Assembly: GCA_035694895.1 (NCBI GenBank)
Contig: DASSFA010000048.1
Location: forward strand, 1 to 37,247
DNA from: Rhodanobacteraceae bacterium
GTDB lineage: Bacteria > Pseudomonadota > Gammaproteobacteria > Xanthomonadales > Rhodanobacteraceae
Direction of reading: 5' to 3'
DNA: 37,247 nucleotides
This document shows, one piece after another, positions 27,539 through 35,482 of the stretch. The notes beneath the pieces were generated by a model. It saw only the letters and a list, made by a program, of their open reading frames with translations. It had not been told where the DNA came from and did no database searches. The position numbers and the translations under genes are program-made. The number at the start of each line of letters is the position of its first letter. Position 1 is the stretch's first letter.

Positions 27539-29356
27539 TCAGAGCCCGACGTCCGGGCGCCAGGCAAGCTCGATCCAGCCCGATCTCCCCGGTGTGTTGT
27601 AGCCGCTGATCAGCGAATACGTGCGATCGGCCAGATTCTCAGCGCGCAGGTGCACTTGCCAGGCGGGCGAGAGCACCACGTTGAGGCGCGCGTTGATCAA
27701 TGCGTACCCGCCGAGCGGGCCGTTGAAATCCGGTCGCGGGCCTTCGGCGTACAACTCGAGGCCGGCATCCACGCGCGCATTGAATTGCCGTGCCAGCAGC
27801 AGGTCGCCCTTGCGGGAGGCGCGCCGCAGCAGGTGTTCGCCCGTTTGCGGGTCGCGCGCGTTCTGCCAGGTCGCATTGCCATGGAACGCCCAGCCATCGT
27901 GCCGCCAGTCCGTCTGCAACTCGATCCCGTCGATCCGTGCCTGCGCGGTGTTCTCGGCCTGGAACAGCGGCCCGGTGAAATCAATCAGGTCACGGATATC
28001 GGTGCGATAGGCGGCGAGCTTGAACGACAGCGATGCAGTGGGCGTCCATTCCGCGCCCAGCTCGCTGCTGTGCGAACGCTCCGGCCGAAGTGCGGGATTG
28101 CCTGCGAAGTAGCCGCCGTAACCGGGCGAGAATTGCTCGTTCAAGCTCGGCGCGCGGAAGCCCTGGCCGAAGCTCGCGGTGATGCGCAGGCTCGGCAGCA
28201 CGCGGTAGCCTGCGGCCGCGGAGCCGGTAGTCGCGCCACCGAACACGCTGTTGTGATCGTGGCGCGCGGCCAGTTCCCAATCGAATGCTTGCAGGTGCCC
28301 GTTCCAGCCGGCGAAAGCGGCGGTGTTGTCGCGGCTCTGTCCGAACGAATCGCCTGCGCCGGAGCTGTCCACGTTTTCACCGCGCTCGTGCACGCGCTCC
28401 ACGCCGGCGGTCAGCGACTGGTTCGGCGCGAGCGTGAAGATGTTCAGCCAGGTTGCGCTCTGCCGGCGCGAGCGGAACAGTTCGAAGTAGTCCGGCGTGT
28501 TCAGGTCATCGCGCGCGCTGCCGATGCTGAGGCGCTGGTACCAGCGCGGGGTAATGTCTCCCGCCAGCGCGGCGCCGAGGTCCTGCTCGATGGTGTGCGA
28601 AACGCCCTGGTCGAATTCGTTCACCGAATCGCTGTAAAGCGCATTCGCCGAAAGCGTCTGGGTGCCCAGCTTGATGTCGCCGGACGCGGCGAGATTGCGG
28701 TTGCGCAGGCCGTCGTCGTCCGGGTTGTAGCCGAAGCCTGTCGGGTTCTCCGCGGAAAATCCGCGCACGTGGCGGATCCCTGCCTGCACGCTGAATCCGC
28801 CGTGCCCGCCGCGCTGGCCGATGCCGGCGCTGGCCGAGGCATCGTCGTAGCTGCCGTATTGCACGGCCGCATCCGGGCCGGTCAACCTGCGCGTGAAGAT
28901 CTGGATGACGCCGCCGATCGCATCCGAACCCCAGTACGCCGCGCGCGGGCCGCGCACGATCTCGATGCGCTGGATCGCGTCCAGCGGCAGCAGCGAGAAA
29001 TCCACGCCTCCGGTTCCGGTCGAGGCGATGCGCACGCCATCCACCAGCACCAGCACGTGATTGGAATTGGTGCCGCGCAGGAACAGCGCGGTCTGTTCGC
29101 CGGGTCCGCCGCTGCGTGCCAGGTCCACGCCGGCCTGCGTGCGCAGTACGTCGTAGAGATCGGCGGCGCCGCTGGCCTCGATCTCCGCCCGCGTGATCAC
29201 CGTGACATCGGCGAGCGAGGCGTCCACCGTCTGCGCCATCCGCGTGGCGGTGACCTCGACGGTGGGTTCCGTGGTCGGGGCTTGCTGCGTGTCCTGGGCC
29301 CGCACGCAAAGACTCACCGCGCCAAGCGCGGCAAACAACAGGAAAGCGTTTTTCAT
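27539..29356 (-). CDS. btuB: TonB-dependent vitamin B12 receptor
   Basis: Signal peptide MKNAFLLFAALGAVSLCVRAQD, TonB box region TVEVTATR, plug motif ALFLRGTNSNHVLVLVDGVRI, and a C-terminal beta-barrel ending in LAWRP....L. Preceded by a cobalamin riboswitch. ATG at 29356 with GGAGAAAAG upstream. Confidence 0.9.
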   Translation of the reverse strand: MKNAFLLFAALGAVSLCVRAQDTQQAPTTEPTVEVTATRMAQTVDASLADVTVITRAEIEASGAADLYDVLRTQAGVDLARSGGPGEQTALFLRGTNSNHVLVLVDGVRIASTGTGGVDFSLLPLDAIQRIEIVRGPRAAYWGSDAIGGVIQIFTRRLTGPDAAVQYGSYDDASASAGIGQRGGHGGFSVQAGIRHVRGFSAENPTGFGYNPDDDGLRNRNLAASGDIKLGTQTLSANALYSDSVNEFDQGVSHTIEQDLGAALAGDITPRWYQRLSIGSARDDLNTPDYFELFRSRRQSATWLNIFTLAPNQSLTAGVERVHERGENVDSSGAGDSFGQSRDNTAAFAGWNGHLQAFDWELAARHDHNSVFGGATTGSAAAGYRVLPSLRITASFGQGFRAPSLNEQFSPGYGGYFAGNPALRPERSHSSELGAEWTPTASLSFKLAAYRTDIRDLIDFTGPLFQAENTAQARIDGIELQTDWRHDGWAFHGNATWQNARDPQTGEHLLRRASRKGDLLLARQFNARVDAGLELYAEGPRPDFNGPLGGYALINARLNVVLSPAWQVHLRAENLADRTYSLISGYNTPGRSGWIELAWRPDVGL

Positions 29357-29361
29357 TCTTT

Positions 29362-29397
29362 TCTCCGTTCGCACACCCGCGTGAAGCGCAACGGAGA
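29362..29397 (-). promoter_or_regulatory. SD-sequestering hairpin of the btuB riboswitch expression platform
   Basis: On the minus strand, UCUCCGUU (plus-strand 29390-29397) pairs perfectly with AACGGAGA (29362-29369). The latter contains the btuB Shine-Dalgarno. The loop is 20 nt. Confidence 0.6.
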
Positions 29398-29484
29398 GAG
29401 GGGGCAGGGCACGGCGTGGCGGCCGTTCCCGACCGCCGCCCACCGCGACGCCAAGGATCGCGGCGCTTGCGAACGATTCGCAAT

Positions 29485-29665
29485 GCCGCGGCTGCAGGCC
29501 GGTCTCCGGGCTCGCGAGCGGTGTTCCTTCCGGAACACTCACCGGATCGCCTTCCCGCGCTGATCGCGCAGTGGCTCTTGTGATCCGTTCGACTCGCCTA
29601 CCGTTGCGGGGGCAGCTCCGGCTTCGAACCGGCTTCCCGTTTCACCCAAACATCAAATCGACGCG
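29485..29665 (-). promoter_or_regulatory. cobalamin (adenosylcobalamin) riboswitch
   Basis: The minus strand reads GGUGAAACGGGAAGCCGGUUCGAAGCCGGAGCUGCCCCCGCAACGGUA ... GCCACUG ... and the B12 box AGCCCGGAGACCGGCCUGC (plus coordinates 29494-29512). These are the classic conserved blocks, upstream of btuB. Confidence 0.85.
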
Positions 29666-29923
29666 AATGGGCACCTGCAAGCCGCGCAGTGTAAGTGGGG
29701 AGTCCAACCAAACACAACAGAGCAGGCCATGGATGGCCGTGTCGAAGTGAGCTTTCCGGCGCCGTCGCATGGCGGCGAGCATCGCAGCGCCAGGCGGGAG
29801 CAAGGCGCGACTGTTTGAGCACAAGGACGTGCGAGTTCGCGCCGGCCCGCTTGGCGCGAGAAGCGCAGCGGAGTCGAGCCAACCGGACGTTGGCGAGACC
29901 GTCATGCCCGGCGCCATTGGCTT

Positions 29924-29969
29924 TTACTTTCCCCGAAAGGAAAGTAACCCGCGCCGTGGGACGGCGCGG
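29924..29969. other. twin stem-loops (possible terminator of the CPXCG gene, or part of a repeat mosaic)
   Basis: TTACTTTCC (29924-29932) / GGAAAGTAA (29939-29947). CCGCGCCG (29949-29956) / CGGCGCGG (29962-29969). On the minus strand the GC hairpin is followed by GUUACUUUCCUUUC. Confidence 0.3.
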
Positions 29970-30001
29970 AAAAGACATGGATGTCGTGGATCAATTTTCG
30001 A

Positions 30002-30028
30002 GGAGCCCGGCTGTCGCGCGCAGGCGCA
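30002..30028 (-). repeat. REP-like unit TGTAGGAGTGCGCCTGCGCGCG, copy 2
   Basis: The reverse complement of 30006-30028 is identical to 19059-19081. Confidence 0.5.
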
Positions 30029-30077
30029 CTCCTACAAAAGCTGCTGCGGTACGAGCCTGCTGCTGACGACCGATGAC

Positions 30078-30263
30078 TCATTCGTCCATGCGACGCACAC
30101 TCACCTCGATCACGTCTTCTGCATCCACCCGCACGTGGAATTCGATCGGCTTGCAGCACACCTGGCAATCCTCGACGTACCGGGTGGAACCCGTCGAGGC
30201 GTCCACGCTGGTGTCGAATGATTCGCCGCAATACGGGCAGGTGATTGTCACGAATTCGAGCAT
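30078..30263 (-). CDS. CPXCG motif-containing cysteine-rich mini-protein (zinc ribbon)
   Basis: 61 aa: MLEFVTITCPYCGESFDTSVDASTGSTRYVEDCQVCCKPIEFHVRVDAEDVIEVSVRRMDE. Has CPYCG plus CQVCC pairs. AAGGAG lies 9 nt upstream of the ATG. Only the last 61 codons of the 522-aa track ORF are real. Confidence 0.85.
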   Translation of the reverse strand: MLEFVTITCPYCGESFDTSVDASTGSTRYVEDCQVCCKPIEFHVRVDAEDVIEVSVRRMDE

Positions 30264-30353
30264 TGGCGCCTCTCCTTCACGCGACCGCCACGGCGCGCGA
30301 CAAAAAGTATGTTGATCCTGCACCAATGAATGGCGTTCCGCCAAAAGGTTGAC

Positions 30354-31343
30354 ATGGAAGTCGAACGCAGGAGCGGTCTCTCCTACGCGCAATTCGTGCG
30401 CGAATACATGCTGCCGCGCAAGCCGGTGATCATCACCGATGCGCTGGACGAATGCCCGGCGCGGCAAAAGTGGACCCCTGATTACTTCCTCGAACGTTTC
30501 GGCGAGCGGCGACTGCGCGCCGAATCCGGCGAGATGAGCATGCGCGAAATCGTGAACGGCGTGCTGCATCCGCCAGCCGATCGCATGCCGTTCCTGCGCG
30601 AATCCCCGATTTCGTGGTGGCTGCCCGAGGCGATGGCGGACCTCGCGCCGTTTCCACCCTACGTGCATCCCAACTGGCTGACGTATCCGTTCGCTCGCTG
30701 GCCGGACGTGCGCCGCAGCGGCTATGCCAGCCGGCTGGCGCGCACGGCGCAGACGGAGATCAATTTCACCGGTGCCAACATGCGCTTCGGCGCGCTGCAT
30801 CTGGATCTGTTCTGGACCCACGCGCTGGTGATGCAGTGGCATGGCGCCAAGAAGTTCTTCATCTTCCCGGCCGCGGACACCAAGCACCTCTACCGGAAAC
30901 CGGAAGCCTGGATATCCGAGATCACCGACGTCGAGCACCCCGACTACGCGAAATTCCCCGATTTCGCCAACGCGCACATGATCGAATTCACCCTGCAGGC
31001 GGGCGAGGCATATTTCAATCCGACCGGCTGGTGGCACACCACGCGCACGCTGGATGTCTCGATCGCCACGGTGGTCAGCTTCGCCAATGCCAGCAACTGG
31101 AAGGAAGTCACGCAACACTTGTTGCCGCCGAATGCGCCCCTGCGTTCCAGGCTGGGTGCGTTGCCGTATCGCGCCTACCTGCGTGCACTCGGGGTGTGGA
31201 TGCTGCCGCATTACGCCTTCCCCGAAGCCACCGATCCGGCCTGGTGCCGCGACTCGCTGACGCATTACTGGCGCACCGCGGGCAGTTGGGCGGGCTCGGC
31301 GCTGGGCGGCGTGCCGGAAGAGGCGATGGCCTCGCGTTACTGA
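30354..31343 (+). CDS. JmjC/cupin-like Fe(II)/2-oxoglutarate oxygenase family protein, paralog 1
   Basis: 329 aa from the conserved MEVERRSGLSY start. N-terminal LSYAQFVREYMLPRKPVIITD...KWTPDYF is typical of cupin-8/JmjC proteins. HLD (HxD) followed by GAKKFFIFP (candidate 2OG-binding Lys) and a distal His in NPTGWWHTT. Confidence 0.85.
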   Translation: MEVERRSGLSYAQFVREYMLPRKPVIITDALDECPARQKWTPDYFLERFGERRLRAESGEMSMREIVNGVLHPPADRMPFLRESPISWWLPEAMADLAPFPPYVHPNWLTYPFARWPDVRRSGYASRLARTAQTEINFTGANMRFGALHLDLFWTHALVMQWHGAKKFFIFPAADTKHLYRKPEAWISEITDVEHPDYAKFPDFANAHMIEFTLQAGEAYFNPTGWWHTTRTLDVSIATVVSFANASNWKEVTQHLLPPNAPLRSRLGALPYRAYLRALGVWMLPHYAFPEATDPAWCRDSLTHYWRTAGSWAGSALGGVPEEAMASRY

Positions 31344-31389
31344 GACAAGCGTGATCGAAACCACGCCTGGCCTTTCGAAGATGATCGAG

Positions 31390-32370
31390 ATGGAAGTCGA
31401 ACGCAGGAGCGGCCTTTCGTACGACGAGTTCGAGCGCGAATACATGCTGCCGTGCAGGCCGGTGATCCTCACCGATTCGGTGGACGAATGTCCGGCGCGG
31501 CGCAAGTGGACGCCGGAATATTTCCGCGAGCGCTTCGGCGATCGCCGGTTGCTCACGGTCTCTGGCGAGATGACGATGCGCGAAATCGTGGAGGGGGTGT
31601 TGCACCCGGGCACCGGGCGCGTGCCGTTCCTGCGCGAATCGCCCATCGCCTGGTGGGTGCCGGAACTGATGCCCGATCTTGCGCCTGGCCCGTGCTACGG
31701 GCGGCCCAATTGGCTGACCTATCCGTTCGCGCGCTGGCCGGACGTGCGCCGCAGCGGTTACGCCGCGCGGCTGATCCGCATCGGCCAGATCGAGATGAAT
31801 TTCACCGGCGCCAACATGCGTTATCCCACGCTGCACGTGGACTTGTTCAAGACCCACGCGCTGCTCGTGCAGTGGTATGGCGCCAAGAAATTCTTCATCT
31901 TCCCCGAGGAAGATACGAAGTATCTCTATCGCAAGCCCGGGACCTGGGTCTCGCAGATCACCGACGTCGAGCATCCGGACCTCGCGAAGTTCCCCGACTT
32001 CGCCAAGACGCACATGATCGAGTTCACCTTGCAGCCGGGCGAGGCGTATTTCAATCCAACCGGCTGGTGGCATACCACGCGTACGCTGGGCGTCTCGATC
32101 GGCACGGTGATGAGCCTGGTCAATGCCAGCAACTGGAAAGAAGTGACCAGGAACCTGCTGATGCCAGATGCTCCGCTGCGCTCGCGCCTGAGCGCGTTGC
32201 CATATCGCGCCTATTTGCGCGCACTCGGGGCATGGAAGCTGCCCCACTACAGCTTTCCAGACGCCTCCGATCCGACGTGGTGCCGCGAGTCGCTGGCACG
32301 TTATCGGCGAACGGCGGGAAGCTGGGTGGGGCAAGCCAACGGTGGCGTGCCGGAAACAGCAAAGATGTGA
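31390..32370 (+). CDS. JmjC/cupin-like Fe(II)/2-oxoglutarate oxygenase family protein, paralog 2
   Basis: Same architecture (HVD ... GAKKFFIFP ... GWWHTT). Start set at the conserved MEVERRS; alternatives are ATG 31381 and GTG 31351. Confidence 0.85.
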   Translation: MEVERRSGLSYDEFEREYMLPCRPVILTDSVDECPARRKWTPEYFRERFGDRRLLTVSGEMTMREIVEGVLHPGTGRVPFLRESPIAWWVPELMPDLAPGPCYGRPNWLTYPFARWPDVRRSGYAARLIRIGQIEMNFTGANMRYPTLHVDLFKTHALLVQWYGAKKFFIFPEEDTKYLYRKPGTWVSQITDVEHPDLAKFPDFAKTHMIEFTLQPGEAYFNPTGWWHTTRTLGVSIGTVMSLVNASNWKEVTRNLLMPDAPLRSRLSALPYRAYLRALGAWKLPHYSFPDASDPTWCRESLARYRRTAGSWVGQANGGVPETAKM

Positions 32371-32413
32371 TCCCTCCGCGCCAGGGAATGGCGCTCCCGC
32401 ACAGGGAGTTGAC

Positions 32414-33394
32414 ATGGAAGTCGAACGCAGAAGCAATCTCTCGTACGAGCAGTTCGTGCGCGAATACATGCTGCCGCGCAAGCCGGTGATCATCACCGAC
32501 GTGATGGACAAATGTCCGGCGCGACGCAAATGGACCCCTGATTATTTCCGCGAGCGGTTCGGGACGCGCCGCTTGCGCACGGATGCGGGCGAAATGACCA
32601 TGGCCGAAATCGTGGAGGGCGTGCAGAACCCCAAGGAGGGCCGCACGCCGTTCCTGCGCCAGACGCCGATCGCGTGGTGGCTGCCCGAGGCGATGGCCGA
32701 TCTCGCGCCGTACCCCTGCTATGCCCACCCGAACTGGCTGTCCTATCCGTTCGCGCGCTGGCCGGATCTGCGCCGCAGCGGCTACGCGAGCAGGCTCACG
32801 CGCATCGGTCAGTGCGAGATCAATATCACCGGCGCCAACATGCGTTTTCCCACGCTGCACATGGATCTGTTCTGGCTGCACGCACTGGTGATGCAGTGGT
32901 ACGGCACCAAGAAGTTCTACATCTTCCCGATGGAAGATACGAAATATCTCTATCGCAAGCCGGGGACCTGGGTCTCGCAGATCACCGACGTCGAGCATCC
33001 AGATCTTGCGAAGTTTCCCGATTTCGCCAAGACACACATGACCGAGTTCACCCTGCACGCGGGCGAGGCCTATTTCAATCCGACCGGCTGGTGGCATACC
33101 ACGCGCACCGAGAGCATCTCGATCGGCACGGCGATGAGCTTCGCCAACGCCAGCAACTGGAAGACCATGACGGAGAACCTGCTGATACCCGGCGCGCCGC
33201 TGCGCTCGCGCGTGGGCGCGCTGCCGTATCGCGCCTATCTGCGCATGCTCGGCGCCTGGACGCTGTCGCGCTGCGCGATCCCCGAAACCACGGATCCGGC
33301 CTGGTGTCGCGAGTCACTCAAGCATTACCAGCGCACCGCCGGAAGCTGGGCGGGTGGCTCGCAAGGCGGGGTGCAGGAAAAGGTGCCGGCCTAG
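32414..33394 (+). CDS. JmjC/cupin-like Fe(II)/2-oxoglutarate oxygenase family protein, paralog 3
   Basis: Same architecture (HMD ... GTKKFYIFP ... GWWHTT). GGGAG lies 6 nt upstream of the MEVERRS ATG; the track ORF starts at 32342. Confidence 0.85.
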   Translation: MEVERRSNLSYEQFVREYMLPRKPVIITDVMDKCPARRKWTPDYFRERFGTRRLRTDAGEMTMAEIVEGVQNPKEGRTPFLRQTPIAWWLPEAMADLAPYPCYAHPNWLSYPFARWPDLRRSGYASRLTRIGQCEINITGANMRFPTLHMDLFWLHALVMQWYGTKKFYIFPMEDTKYLYRKPGTWVSQITDVEHPDLAKFPDFAKTHMTEFTLHAGEAYFNPTGWWHTTRTESISIGTAMSFANASNWKTMTENLLIPGAPLRSRVGALPYRAYLRMLGAWTLSRCAIPETTDPAWCRESLKHYQRTAGSWAGGSQGGVQEKVPA

Positions 33395-33398
33395 GCGG

Positions 33399-33439
33399 CC
33401 CGGATTTTCCGTCCGTTGTGCGCCGGGGAAAAGGCCGGG
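33399..33439. terminator. imperfect hairpin between convergent JmjC paralog 3 and hemW
   Basis: CCCGGATTTTCC (33399-33410) pairs with GGAAAAGGCCGGG (33427-33439). The T/A runs on both arms make it a possible bidirectional terminator. Confidence 0.3.
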
Positions 33440-33445
33440 TGTTCC

Positions 33446-34714
33446 TTACGGCATGAAGAGCTCGATCACATCGTTGAGGAAGCGCTGGCCGAGTCCGGTC
33501 GTGCGCAACATGCGCGCATCTTCATGCATCCATCCGCGCGCGACTGCTTCGCGCAATGGCTGACGAACGGCCTCGAGCGGAAGCCCGGTGCGCGCGGCGA
33601 AATCGCCGATCGACACACCGTCGACCAGGCGCAGCGCATTCAGCATGTACTCGAACGGCAGCTGCTCGCGCGGCACTTCGGAATCGCCGTCGATGCGCCG
33701 CGCGGTTCCCGCGTTCTCCAGAAAAGCGCGCGGATGCTTCACCTTCCAGCGGCGGCGGACATTCAACTCAGGGGCCGTCCCGTCCGCCATCTCCCGTCCG
33801 CCGCCTTCCGTGATTTTCCCGTGGGCTCCCGCACCGATCCCGAGGTAATCGCCGAAGCGCCAGTAATTGAGGTTGTGCACGCAGCGCCTGCCATCGCGCG
33901 CATAGGCCGACACCTCGTATTGCGCGTAACCCGCCTGCGCGAGACGCGCCTGACACGCCTCCTGCATCGCCCAGGCCTCGTCGTCATCCGGCAGCGGCGG
34001 CGGATTCGCGGCGAAGGCGGTGTTGGGCTCCAGCGTCAACTGGTAATGAGAGACATGCGCGGGACGAAGCGCGATCGCGCGCTCGATGTCGTCCAGCGCG
34101 CCGGCAAGCGTCTGTTCCGGCAACGCATACATCAAGTCGAGATTGATGTTGTCGAAGCCCGCGTCCTGCGCCAGTTTCACCGCGCTCTCCGCCTCGCCGG
34201 AGGAGTGGATGCGCCCCAGCGCGCGCAGCATCGCATCGTCGAAACTCTGCACGCCGAAGGAAATGCGGTTGACGCCCGCGCGCGCGTAGCCGTCGAAGCG
34301 CCCGTGCTCGACGGTGCCGGGATTGGTTTCCAGTGTGACCTCGCATCCAGGCGCGAATTTCAGTCGCCTGGCCGTGCCTTCCAGGATTTCCGCAATGCGT
34401 TCCGGCGCAAACAGGCTCGGCGTGCCGCCACCGAAGAACACGCTGACGATTTCGCGCCCGGTGAGCGCTTCGCCGAAATCGTGCAGGTCACCGTCGAGAT
34501 CCGCGAGCAGTGCAGCCACGTACTCGCGCGCCGGCAATTCGCCGCGCAGTCCATGCGAATTGAAATCGCAGTACGGGCATTTGCGCACGCACCAGGGGAT
34601 GTGGACGTAGAGCGAGAGCGGGGGTTGGGGGTGAATATTGGGCGCCAAATGCCTTGCCCCCTCTCCCTTGGGTAAGGGTTCGGCCGGAGCGGTACGCTTC
34701 AAATCCCGCGACAT
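33446..34714 (-). CDS. hemW: radical SAM family heme chaperone HemW (HemN-like)
   Basis: CxxxCxxC radical-SAM cluster motif in LYVHIPWCVRKCPYCDFNS, GGGTPS, and a HemN C-terminal domain. The start is uncertain. ATG 34714 is given here. TTG 34648 is plausible because codons before it derive from a PLPxGEG repeat unit. The track ORF to 34795 overlaps rdgB. Confidence 0.85.
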   Translation of the reverse strand: MSRDLKRTAPAEPLPKGEGARHLAPNIHPQPPLSLYVHIPWCVRKCPYCDFNSHGLRGELPAREYVAALLADLDGDLHDFGEALTGREIVSVFFGGGTPSLFAPERIAEILEGTARRLKFAPGCEVTLETNPGTVEHGRFDGYARAGVNRISFGVQSFDDAMLRALGRIHSSGEAESAVKLAQDAGFDNINLDLMYALPEQTLAGALDDIERAIALRPAHVSHYQLTLEPNTAFAANPPPLPDDDEAWAMQEACQARLAQAGYAQYEVSAYARDGRRCVHNLNYWRFGDYLGIGAGAHGKITEGGGREMADGTAPELNVRRRWKVKHPRAFLENAGTARRIDGDSEVPREQLPFEYMLNALRLVDGVSIGDFAARTGLPLEAVRQPLREAVARGWMHEDARMLRTTGLGQRFLNDVIELFMP

Positions 34715-34757
34715 GAAAGTTCGGTGCGTGCTTGGACATTGAGACATGCGCGGACCC

Positions 34758-35384
34758 TCACCCCAACCCCTCTCCCGAGGGGAGAGGGGCCACATCGGCC
34801 AAGCTCTTTCGCAGGAACGTCAGTGCCTGCCCGCGGTGGCTGATGCGGTTCTTCAGCGCGGGATCGAGTTCGGCTGCGCTCAGGCCCCCGCCGTCGTGCG
34901 GCAGGAACACCGGGTCGTAACCGAAGCCTCGTTGCCCGCGCGGCGCGCGGAGGATGCGGCCGGGCCAGCGTGCCTGCGCAATCAGCGGATCGGGATCGTG
35001 CGCGTGCCGCAACAGCGCGAGCGCGCAGATGAAATGCGCGCCGCGTCGCTCGTCGGGGGTGCCTTCCAGCTCGCGCAGCAGCTTTTCGATGTTGGCGTCC
35101 GAGTCGCCGTGCGCGCCGGCGTAGCGCGCGGAGTACAGCCCCGGCGCGCCGTGCAGCGCATCCACGCACAATCCGGAATCGTCGCCCAATGCGGGCAGGT
35201 TCGAGGCGCGCGCGGCATGCCGTGCCTTGAGGATCGCGTTCTCGATGAAAGTCAGCCCGGTTTCGTCGGCATCATGGACGCCGAGCTGCGACTGCGCGAT
35301 CAATTCGACGCCCGAGCCTGCGAACAGCTCGCGCAATTCGGCGAGCTTGCCGGCATTGCCGCTCGCGAGAAGCACTTTGCGCAT
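34758..35384 (-). CDS. rdgB: dITP/XTP pyrophosphatase (non-canonical purine NTP pyrophosphatase)
   Basis: MRKVLLASGNAGKLAELRELF, TFIENAILKARHAA, GDDSGLCVDALHGAPGLYSARYAG, GFGYDPVF, SHRGQAL. I chose the ATG at 35384; the track extension (IPASAGMTAKRG) is translated repeat DNA. Confidence 0.9.
   Translation of the reverse strand: MRKVLLASGNAGKLAELRELFAGSGVELIAQSQLGVHDADETGLTFIENAILKARHAARASNLPALGDDSGLCVDALHGAPGLYSARYAGAHGDSDANIEKLLRELEGTPDERRGAHFICALALLRHAHDPDPLIAQARWPGRILRAPRGQRGFGYDPVFLPHDGGGLSAAELDPALKNRISHRGQALTFLRKSLADVAPLPSGEGLG
34767..34789. repeat. perfect 10-bp-arm palindrome CCCCTCTCCC-GAG-GGGAGAGGGG (PLPxGEG-type repeat unit)
   Basis: Read directly from the sequence. It encodes the last codons of rdgB (APLPSGEGLG). 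A degenerate second unit (CCCCCTCTCCCTTGGGTAAGGG) lies at 34657-34678. Confidence 0.7.
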
Positions 35385-35403
35385 TCGACAACCTCGCTTG
35401 GCC

Positions 35404-35473
35404 GTCATTCCGGCGGAAGCCGGAATCCACCTTGCTTTTTGGTCTGGAGGCAAGAGATCAAAATGGATTCCGG
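35404..35473. repeat. intergenic palindromic repeat, copy C
   Basis: GTCATTCCGG (35404-35413), CCGGAATCCA (35420-29) and TGGATTCCGG (35464-73). Same family as copies A and B, but it lacks the CCGGAATGAC right end. Confidence 0.55.
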
Positions 35474-35482
35474 GTTCGGCGG

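Noticed and set aside
26318-29563. 1081-aa ORF on the plus strand, the longest in the track
   Set aside because: It is antisense to btuB and to DUF1631-like copy 2 and crosses the cobalamin riboswitch. Its composition is dominated by R/A/G/P, as expected for the wrong frame of GC-rich DNA, and it has no recognisable motif. The minus-strand genes have clear family signatures.
29598-30066. Small ORFs (126 aa on the minus strand; 123 and 150 aa on the plus strand) in the btuB-CPXCG spacer
   Set aside because: They overlap the riboswitch or the palindromic repeat mosaic. They have no SD and no coding-like periodicity that I could see, and their translations look like repeat-derived pseudo-peptides.
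30264-33097. Minus-strand ORFs 30078..31646 (upstream part), 31108..32529 and 32120..33097
   Set aside because: They are antisense shadows of the three JmjC paralogs and repeat each other only because the sense genes are paralogous. Only the last 61 codons of the first ORF (the CPXCG protein, with its own SD) are credible.
33416-34675. 419-aa plus-strand ORF
   Set aside because: Antisense to hemW, which has the radical-SAM CxxxCxxC motif on the other strand.
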